Source of the DNA: an uncultured Chloroflexia bacterium
Lineage (GTDB): Bacteria; Chloroflexota; Anaerolineae; B4-G1; SLSP01
DNA: 33,674 nucleotides
NCBI GenBank assembly: GCA_963751345.1
Contig: CAVVUS010000035.1
Coordinates: forward strand, 1 to 33,674
Direction of reading: 5' to 3'
Shown: piece after piece, positions 9,072-16,737 of the stretch
Layout of the letters: every line of letters starts with the position of its first letter
Numbering within the stretch: the stretch's first letter is position 1
The notes under the pieces: model-generated
Told to the model about the DNA's origin: nothing
Databases searched by the model: none
Seen by the model: the letters and a program-made list of their open reading frames with translations, nothing else
Position numbers and translations under genes: made by a program

Positions 9072-10367
9072 ATGACCGAGAGTGATTATCGTGTTCGGGC
9101 GGTTCATTGTGACCATCTGGCCGAGGATGAGGGCGTCTACGAAGCGCTGAAACGCGCGACCGACCCGCTCGATAAGGCGTGGGCGCGGCTCACGCCCGCG
9201 AAGAAGATCGCGATCAAGTTCAACCAGGACTACGATCCGGAGCGGGTGCCCACCTTCGAGGGGATGCGGCAGCAGTTGGTCAGCGACAAGGTGGCCCGCG
9301 CGGTGCTGCGGCTGCTGCGTGAGAGGACCGACGCCGAGCTCTTCTGCGTGGATACCACCGTCTTCAAGCGCGACCTGGAGGATGGCGCTCGCTTCTCGAC
9401 GCAGTTGGCGTCGGTGCTGGAGGAGTTCGACGTCCCCTACATCAACGCCGATGGCCCCCCGCAGGCCGTCTACGAGGTGCCGGGCGGCGGGCAGATGTTC
9501 GCGCGTTACGTCCTGCCGCAGCGACTGATGGAGGCCGACGAGCTGGTCGACGTCCAGAAGATGAAGAACCATGCCTTCATGGGCATTACGCTCACGCTGA
9601 AGAATCTCTTTGGCCTGATGCCGCAGCCGCCACACGGCAAGCCGCGTCACTACTACCACCACCTGGTGCGGATGCCCTACATGCTGGCAGATCTGGGGCA
9701 GCTCTACGATCCGGCGCTCAACATCATCGACGCACTGATCGGGCAGGCCGGGATGGAGTGGGGACACGGTCGGGACGCCGGGCGCATTGTCGACACCCTG
9801 GTTGCCGGCGACCACCCCGTGACCACCGACACCTGTGGCGCGTATCTGATGGGCCACGACCCGATGAGCGACTGGCTGGCGGAGCCCTTCCATCGTGACC
9901 GCAACCCGCTGCTCGTTGCGGCTGAGGGCGGCTATGGTACGGTTGACCTGAACGCGATTGACTTCGAGTCCGAGGTCGAGCCGCAGCCCGAGGGCACCTT
10001 CTACACCGTGATGACCGACTCGCTGGAGACCGTCATCAGTTGGCGGCGCACGATGTGCGAGCAGGGGCTCTACTACCGCGATCATCTGCGCGAGTTATCC
10101 GGCAAGTACGCGGGCGAGTACATCCTGCTGCAGGATAACGAGGTGAAGTGGCACGATCCGGATGGCGCCATCCGCGTCAGCCGGCGGCAGTTGGCGGGGG
10201 GCAACCCTGACCACGCGATGTACTTCAAGTTTGTGGATCCCGAGGAGACCGAGGGCGAGCACTATGCGGTCTACGAGTCGGCTCTGGCCCAACTGCGCAC
10301 CCTGGACCGCGTGGCCAAGATCGACCGCCCGCCCGCTCACATGGCGAATTGGCGCGATTTGCACTAG
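9072..10367 (+). CDS. DUF362-domain protein, paralog 2, with small C-terminal domain
   Basis: AGGAGG before ATG 9072; KMKNH, TLTLKNLFG, LNIIDAL; collinear with paralog 1. Confidence 0.8.
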   Translation: MTESDYRVRAVHCDHLAEDEGVYEALKRATDPLDKAWARLTPAKKIAIKFNQDYDPERVPTFEGMRQQLVSDKVARAVLRLLRERTDAELFCVDTTVFKRDLEDGARFSTQLASVLEEFDVPYINADGPPQAVYEVPGGGQMFARYVLPQRLMEADELVDVQKMKNHAFMGITLTLKNLFGLMPQPPHGKPRHYYHHLVRMPYMLADLGQLYDPALNIIDALIGQAGMEWGHGRDAGRIVDTLVAGDHPVTTDTCGAYLMGHDPMSDWLAEPFHRDRNPLLVAAEGGYGTVDLNAIDFESEVEPQPEGTFYTVMTDSLETVISWRRTMCEQGLYYRDHLRELSGKYAGEYILLQDNEVKWHDPDGAIRVSRRQLAGGNPDHAMYFKFVDPEETEGEHYAVYESALAQLRTLDRVAKIDRPPAHMANWRDLH

Positions 10368-10378
10368 AGGCGCGTTAC

Positions 10379-10430
10379 ACGTTAGCACGTTTGAACGTTC
10401 AAACGTTCCAACGTGCCAACGTTCAAACGT
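10379..10430. repeat. Intergenic 8-nt-period ACGT repeat containing a perfect 20-bp palindrome
   Basis: ACGTTTGAAC|GTTCAAACGT at 10387-10406, inside an array of AACGTTCA/AACGTTCC/AACGTGCC units. Confidence 0.85.
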
Positions 10431-10449
10431 ATATTGTCAAGGAGGCCCT

Positions 10450-11523
10450 ATGTCCGACAAGCCGTGGCGTGGTAGTTTTGCGATTCCGATGACCCCGTAT
10501 GATGATGAGGACCACATCGACGTCGACGTGCTGGCTGCAGAGATCGAGTTCTGCATCGCGTGCGGCGTAGGGGGCATCCCCACTCCCCTGATGGTCAGTG
10601 AGTTCAGGCTGCTCTCCGAGGACGAGCGCAAGCTGATGATGCGCGTCCCCGTGGAGGTCAGCGCGGGCCGCGTGCCCGTCATCGGCAACGTGGCTGCGGT
10701 CAACACGCCGCTGGCTGTCCGGTATGCGGAGTATGCACAGAGCCTGGGCGTCGATGGCGTGATCGCTATGCCGCCCTACGTCCACAAGCCCGACTTCGAC
10801 ACGATCTACGCCTACTATAAGGCGATCTCGGACGTGGTCGACGTGCCGGTGTGGATTCAGAACGCCAGCGTCGCCTCGATGTCGCCGGCCCAGCTCGTCC
10901 GGCTCTGCGAGGAAATCGAGAACGTGAGTTGGGTCAAAGAGGAGGTCCCGCCAAGCCATAAGAACATCACCGCGCTGCTGGCTCAGAAGAGCTCCGCGGT
11001 GAAGGGCGTGATGGGCGGCGGGGGGGGACGTCCGATGATCGTGGAGCACGCACGCGGCGCCGCCGGTAACGTCCACGCCTGCCAGTTCTGCGACGTGGTC
11101 CAGCGCGTATGGGAGCTGCTGGATGAGGGCGAGATGGACGCAGCAGGTGACCTCTTCGACCAATTGCTGCCCTCACTGATGTTGGAGGGGATGATGGGCA
11201 TGGCCTATGCCAAGGAGATCATGATCCGGCGCGGCGTCTTCAAGAACTACCGGGTTCGCAGCAGCTCCCATCCCCTGGACGCGGATGATATGCGGGAAAT
11301 CGATCGTACGTGGGAGCGGATCCAGCCGTATCTGCTCTGGCAGCGCAGTAGAACACAGAATCGGAGAATGGAGAATCGGAGAATACAGGACCGAGGATCA
11401 GCAGACTGGCAGATCCGGGACGCCAATCTGCTGATTTCATCCTGTATTCTCCGATTCTTCATTCTCCGATTCTTGATTCTCCCATTAGCACTAGAGAAGG
11501 AGCGTGGCGATGAGCGAGCGTGA
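10450..11523 (+). CDS. Dihydrodipicolinate synthase (DapA/NAL) family lyase, non-canonical; true stop probably TAG 11349-11351
   Basis: AAGGAGG RBS; AIPMTPY, SEFRLLSEDER, MPPY, Schiff-base Lys in WVKEE. The fold ends at ERIQPYLLW and the remainder translates a repeat hairpin. Confidence 0.85.
   Translation: MSDKPWRGSFAIPMTPYDDEDHIDVDVLAAEIEFCIACGVGGIPTPLMVSEFRLLSEDERKLMMRVPVEVSAGRVPVIGNVAAVNTPLAVRYAEYAQSLGVDGVIAMPPYVHKPDFDTIYAYYKAISDVVDVPVWIQNASVASMSPAQLVRLCEEIENVSWVKEEVPPSHKNITALLAQKSSAVKGVMGGGGGRPMIVEHARGAAGNVHACQFCDVVQRVWELLDEGEMDAAGDLFDQLLPSLMLEGMMGMAYAKEIMIRRGVFKNYRVRSSSHPLDADDMREIDRTWERIQPYLLWQRSRTQNRRMENRRIQDRGSADWQIRDANLLISSCILRFFILRFLILPLALEKERGDERA
11357..11473. repeat. Long inverted repeat built from GAGAATCG-type units (REP-like hairpin)
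   Basis: 11357-11390 pairs with 11440-11473 (34 bp, one G-U). 11397-11410 pairs with 11422-11435 (14 bp, one mismatch). Confidence 0.9.
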
Positions 11524-12832
11524 TGACGCCCTGCGGGGCAACATGGAGAACGCGGTCAACACCTTTTCAAGCCCGTCTGACCTCAAGATCACGGATATGA
11601 GGACGGCGACGGTCTGCTCGAACTACGACTATCCCATCATTCGTATCGATACCAATCAGGGGGTCTACGGTATCGGCGAGGTGCGCGACGCAGGCCACCG
11701 CGAGAACGCACTGCAGTACAAGAGCATGCTCTTGGGGCAGAACCCATGCAACATCGACATGCTCTTCCACACCATCAAGCGGTTCGGTAACTGGGGCCGC
11801 GAGGGAGGCGGCGTCTCCGGTATTGAGATCGCGCTGATGGACCTGATCGGCAAGGTCTATGGCGTGCCCTGCTACCAGTTCCTGGGCGGCAAGTACCGGG
11901 ACAAGGTGCGCATCTACGCAGATACGCCCGAGCCCGACGAGCCCACGCCCGAGGCCTACGCCGAGCGTGTCCTGGGTCGCAAGGAGATGGGGCTGACCTT
12001 CATCAAGTTCGATGCCCGGCTGCAGACACTTCACGATATGGAGGGTGGCATGGTCGGGCAGCCGACCAAGTTCGAGTATCGTATGGCCGAGCGATCCCGC
12101 GCGGCGGGCACGGGCCAGGTGGTCAAGATCACGGAGAAGGGCTTCGCCAAGTTGGCCGAGATCGTCGCGATGGTGCGCGACACCGTCGGCTGGGACGTCG
12201 CGCTCTGTATCGATCACTATGGCCACGGTTATCTCACGGCGAAAGAGGTCATCAAGCTGGCCGGTTACCTGGAGCCCTATGGCCTGGCGTGGATGGAAGA
12301 CCCGATGACCACCATGGACGTGGCGGGCCACAAGCAGGTGACCCAGTCCGTCAACGTTCCCATCGCGGCCGGCGAGGACTGGTATCTCTGGGAGGGCTTC
12401 CGGCCCTTCATCGAGGAGCGCGCCGTCGACATCATCCACCCGGACCTGCTGACCTCGGGCGGCATGGCGGAGACGAAGAAGATCGCCGACTACGCCGAGC
12501 TCTACGGCATCCCCACGGCGTTGCACTTTGCCGGCTCGCCGATCGCGTTCATGGCCAACCTGCACACCGCGGCCTCGATCTCGAGCTTCGTGGCGCTGGA
12601 GCACCACGGCCTCGATCTGCCCTTCTGGCCCGATCTGGTCACCGGGTTGGAGGAGAACTACATGGTCGACGGCTACGTCACCGTGCCGGACAAGCCCGGC
12701 CTGGGTGTCGACCTGAACTACGAGGGCATCGAGGCGAACCTGCGCCCGCCCAGCGGCCTCTTCGAGCCGACCGACGAGTGGAACACGCCCAAGCTCGGCT
12801 TCTGGCAGCCCGACCGGCGGTGGGACAAATAA
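11510..12832 (+). CDS. Mandelate racemase / muconate lactonizing (enolase superfamily) enzyme, probable acid-sugar dehydratase
   Basis: SGIEIALMDLIGK, LGGKYRDKVRIY, metal ligands in IDH, MEDP and AGED; DIIHPD; PDKPGLG; GAAGGAG RBS. Confidence 0.9.
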   Translation: MSERDDALRGNMENAVNTFSSPSDLKITDMRTATVCSNYDYPIIRIDTNQGVYGIGEVRDAGHRENALQYKSMLLGQNPCNIDMLFHTIKRFGNWGREGGGVSGIEIALMDLIGKVYGVPCYQFLGGKYRDKVRIYADTPEPDEPTPEAYAERVLGRKEMGLTFIKFDARLQTLHDMEGGMVGQPTKFEYRMAERSRAAGTGQVVKITEKGFAKLAEIVAMVRDTVGWDVALCIDHYGHGYLTAKEVIKLAGYLEPYGLAWMEDPMTTMDVAGHKQVTQSVNVPIAAGEDWYLWEGFRPFIEERAVDIIHPDLLTSGGMAETKKIADYAELYGIPTALHFAGSPIAFMANLHTAASISSFVALEHHGLDLPFWPDLVTGLEENYMVDGYVTVPDKPGLGVDLNYEGIEANLRPPSGLFEPTDEWNTPKLGFWQPDRRWDK

Positions 12833-12835
12833 GCC

Positions 12836-12950
12836 AGTTAATAGTTACCGGTTGTCGGTTTTCAGTTGCCTTCTCGACCGGGCGTGTTGTCGCTCACAGA
12901 GGGCAACTGAGTTGCAGATCAACTGATAGCCGGGAACTGACAACCGTTAA
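12836..12950. repeat. Intergenic imperfect inverted repeat of CAGTTGT/ACAACTG-type heptamers
   Basis: TCAGTTGCCTTCT pairs with AGAGGGCAACTGA; CGGTTGTCGGTT pairs with AACTGACAACCG. Confidence 0.7.
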
Positions 12951-12984
12951 ATGCTGTGCTTACAGCACCTGACAGGAGAGACCT

Positions 12985-13800
12985 ATGCAATTGACCCTTC
13001 TTGGCACCGGTGCCGCCGAGGCGGTGCCCGATCCTTTTTGCAGCTGCCGCGTCTGTGAGACGGCGCGCCGGGAGGGCGGGCGCCACATTCGTGCGCGCGC
13101 GACGGCGTTGGTCAACGACGACTTGCTGATCGATCTCGGCCCGGACGTCCTGACCTCCTTGAATGCCGCCAGGGCTTATGTTGGTGGGATCAAGGGGCTG
13201 CTGATCACTCACCGGCATCTCGACCACTGGCATCCCGACAACCTCTACTGGCGCAAGCCCGGCTTCACGCCGACGGAGATGGCATCTCTCACGGTCTTTG
13301 GACCTGCTGACGCGCTCAACGACATCACGCCCGAGCTGGCGGCGTCGGCGCACTTCTCGTGGCAGGTGGCGGAGGCCGGGGATCACTGGACCTTCGGCGC
13401 GTACACAATCACGGCGATACCGGCGACCCACGGGGGTGGGCACCTGGAACCCCTGCTCTACGTCATCGAGTCCGAGGGGCGGCGCCTCTTCTATGCGACC
13501 GATACCGCGCCGTTGCAGGAGGCCGCCTGGGAGTTGCTGCGACCCCTGGCGCCGACGAACGCGATCGTAATGGATTCGACGACAGGCAAGCATCCGGGAG
13601 GCGATGGGCACCACAGCTTCGAGGCATTCTTGGAGACCAGGACGCGCATGATCGACGAGGGGTTGCTCGTCCCTGGCGAGACCACGATGGTGGCGCATCA
13701 CTTCTCGCATAACGGCGGTTTGACCTACGATGAACTCGTTGAGTTCTATGCGCCGCACGACGTCACCGTGGCGTATGACGGTCTCGTGCTCACAGTCTGA
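12985..13800 (+). CDS. Metallo-beta-lactamase-fold hydrolase, PhnP-like
   Basis: LLGTGAAEAVP, CSCRVC structural Zn motif, THRHLDH (HxHxDH), YATDT, HHFSH. Confidence 0.85.
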   Translation: MQLTLLGTGAAEAVPDPFCSCRVCETARREGGRHIRARATALVNDDLLIDLGPDVLTSLNAARAYVGGIKGLLITHRHLDHWHPDNLYWRKPGFTPTEMASLTVFGPADALNDITPELAASAHFSWQVAEAGDHWTFGAYTITAIPATHGGGHLEPLLYVIESEGRRLFYATDTAPLQEAAWELLRPLAPTNAIVMDSTTGKHPGGDGHHSFEAFLETRTRMIDEGLLVPGETTMVAHHFSHNGGLTYDELVEFYAPHDVTVAYDGLVLTV

Positions 13801-13849
13801 GGAAGAGAGGGGATAGGGTTCACGTGAGCGTGGGCCCTGTCCCCCAGAT

Positions 13850-14773
13850 ATGTTCAACTTACAGACGGATCTACATCTGAGCCCGGAGCAGGCGGAGGGC
13901 ATCCTCTCCGCCTGGCTGGGAACTCGCGTGCACTGCACGGGGATCGAGCGTCTCGTCGGGGGGATGATCAACACGGTGCTCAGGCTCCGTTTCGACCGTG
14001 ACCCCTACACGGCGGTCATCAAGCTGAACAGCGCGGGCACCCGGTTTCACGACGAGGCTCAGATCCTGCGCCATCTGCGCGACCGCGGGTTCCCCTGCCC
14101 GAGCGTCTATGCCGTCGACGATGACGCGCGGCTCCTGCCGTGCACCTACCTGCTGCTGGAGACGTTGCCCGGTGCCAATATGGCGGAGGTCACGCTGGGG
14201 CCACGCGATAGGGATCGCGTCGAGCGCGAGATGGCCGATGTGCTTGTGGCGCTCCACGGGCATACGCGGAAGACGTTTGGCTCGGTCGACGCGGTTGGCG
14301 AGGCTCGGTGGGTCGACGTCCTGATGCCCGATCTGCACAGTATCCGGGCGGAGCCCGAGGTCTCTCAGCGTTTGCCCGCCGAGGTGTTGGCCAACGTGGA
14401 TCGTGCGATTACGCTTGCGCCTAACCTGCTTGCGGATCAGGGCGAGCCGACGCTGATCCACGGCGATATCTGGGCGGCTAACGTGATGGTGCACGAAGCG
14501 TCCGATGGGTGGCATCTGTCGGGTCTCGTGGATCCGGGGACGCAGTACGCCGACGTCGAGATGGAGCTGGCTTACTTGCGGGGTTTCAACACGGTGGGCG
14601 ACGCATTCTTCGATGCGTATACCGCACGGCGCCCGCTGCGTCGCGGTTACGAAGCGCGCTGGCGCGTCTACTGGCTGCGCACTTACCTCATCCACGTGTG
14701 GCTCTTTGGCGATCAGCACTACTGCGATATGGCGGCAAAGATTGCGCGCGATATCGTGTCTTACGTGGACTGA
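13850..14773 (+). CDS. Aminoglycoside phosphotransferase / fructosamine kinase family protein
   Basis: GGMIN loop, VIK, HGDIWAAN catalytic motif, VDPG, YADVEMELAY. Confidence 0.82.
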   Translation: MFNLQTDLHLSPEQAEGILSAWLGTRVHCTGIERLVGGMINTVLRLRFDRDPYTAVIKLNSAGTRFHDEAQILRHLRDRGFPCPSVYAVDDDARLLPCTYLLLETLPGANMAEVTLGPRDRDRVEREMADVLVALHGHTRKTFGSVDAVGEARWVDVLMPDLHSIRAEPEVSQRLPAEVLANVDRAITLAPNLLADQGEPTLIHGDIWAANVMVHEASDGWHLSGLVDPGTQYADVEMELAYLRGFNTVGDAFFDAYTARRPLRRGYEARWRVYWLRTYLIHVWLFGDQHYCDMAAKIARDIVSYVD

Positions 14774-14834
14774 TGGTCAGCCTGTGGCAAACGAACTCGA
14801 GGTTGTTGGGTTGCGGCAGGGCTTTGAGGTGCCA

Positions 14835-16655
14835 ATGACTGGAAGCTCGGCTGCGGTGTGGTATGAGGTAGGTGTCCTGCGCTGAGGTCCGGCGCTTTGA
14901 TCGGTAGAGTTTCACGGCAAGCTGACAAATGGGGGGCATATGGTGGCTTTGCAGAGCTTCGGACGGTGGATGCGAACTTTCCCGCACAGGAAGACGGTGG
15001 ATCGGGTTGAGTTCATCATGCCTGATGCCACGCGTGAAGTGCGTTCCACCTTTCTTCACCAACCGGCTAAGCTGACGTACGATGATCACGGATACGAGCA
15101 TCTGACGCTCACCGGCAAGCCGGTCCAGGCGGTGCGCTTTACCCCTACTGGGGACGGTCTGCATCGCTACAGGGCATTCAGTGGCGAGGAGATTATCGAA
15201 GAGGGTGGTCTGCGTGTCGAGCAGTCTGACCATCCCGGCTACGTCCTTCGGCACCCCCAAAACCAGCCCTACTTCATCACCTCCGATGGCGGCTCGTTCT
15301 GTCCGATTGGGCTGTGCATGGCCGGCCCGCCACGCTATCCGCTGTCGAAAGGCGGCGCCCATTTTGAGACCGGCGAGGCGTGGGCCACGCTTGGGGCGGC
15401 GGAGTATGACCGCTGGTTCCGTCTGCTCTCCCAGAACGGCGGCAACTTCGCTCGCATCTGGCTCTCCCACCCTTACTTCAATACGGAGACCAATGTGGCG
15501 GGTGAGCTGGATCTTGCGGCATTCGCACGCCTTGATGCGGTTATCGAGCACGCGCGGACCTACAACATCCGGCTGAAGCTCTGCCTGGACCACTTCCGAA
15601 CGTTCGAACCCGGCTCGCCCTTCTACAAAGAGCTTCATCATCCCGAGGATGGTCGGATGCCGGAGAGCATTAACGAGTGGCTGCGGGAGCCCACGTGGCG
15701 CGAACTCTGGCTCAAGAAAGTCCGGGCCTACACGACCCGCTATGGCGGTGATCCTGTGGTGATGGCGTTCGAGCTCTGGAATGAGATGGACTGCGTGGAT
15801 GGTGACTGGGACTTGGTCCTCGACTGGACGGCGGAGATGCTGCAGGAGGTCACGTACCTCGCCCCGCAAAACCTGGTGACCAGCTCGATGGGTAGCTTTG
15901 ACGATGAGCAGAAGGTCGATCACCACACAGCGTTCAAGCTCATCTATATGGACTTCCAGCAGGTCCACCGGTACCTCGATCAGGGCGCGCCCTGGGAGAT
16001 CTGCCGGGAGGATCCTGTCGCCGCCACCGTCGATGCGGTCAGGAGGACCATACGTTACGACCGACCTGCGCTGCTGGCCGAGACCGGCGCGGTCAACGAT
16101 CGCCATACGGGCCCTTTCCGCTACTACCGTATGGATGACCGCGGCATCATCTTCCACGATACGACGTATCCGGCCTTCTTCGCCGGCGCTGCCGGCACAG
16201 GCCAGATATGGCACTGGGATCAGTACGTGGATCAGAAGAACCTTTGGCGCTTCTACAAGCCCTTTGCCGAAATGGTGGAAGGACTCAAACTAGACTTCGA
16301 AGAGTTCGCCAGGTTTGATCTGTCCAACGATCAGGCTTGGTGCCTGGTCTTGCGGGGCAAGGGCCATGTTCTGGCGTGGGTGCGCAACCGGGCCGATAAC
16401 TGGCAGTCTGTGCTGCGAGATGGAAAGGAGCCACCTATCCTGGAGGATCAGGTCTTCGATCTCAGAGCTGTGAGGTTGCGCACAGGGGAGGTACGGTTGT
16501 TGTGGCCTTGGGCGGGCGAGCCGGGCGAGCTCACGCCGGGCGAGGCGACGTTTGAGGACGGCAGACTCAGCTTGCCGCCATTCCGATATGGCCTTCTCGT
16601 CAGGATCGATCCGCCGGGCCAAGCGGAAGCGACAGGACCATGGATAACAAGGTGA
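14835..16655 (+). CDS. Clan GH-A (GH5-like) glycoside hydrolase with N-terminal DUF5060-like domain; 5' end frameshifted
   Basis: FELWNEMD acid/base, QVHRY, LAETG nucleophile, WHWD. GAGGT RBS and ATG at 14835 (MTGSSAAVWYEVG) are out of frame with the main ORF 14940..16655. Confidence 0.72.
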
Positions 16656-16737
16656 TTGCCAATAACTGCTATTGAGGGTAAAATAAACGAGTTAACAATG
16701 CGCACCCCGTCACAGAAGAGTACAGGAGGGTTTTGAG

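Noticed and set aside
10450-11351. Calling the gene dapA
   Set aside because: The GTTGE and catalytic Tyr motifs are altered and there is no lysine-pathway context.
13850-14773. Antibiotic resistance genes (APH, and the neighbouring MBL-fold gene)
   Set aside because: Only fold-level motifs; the context and the PhnP-like or fructosamine-kinase-like features point to metabolism.
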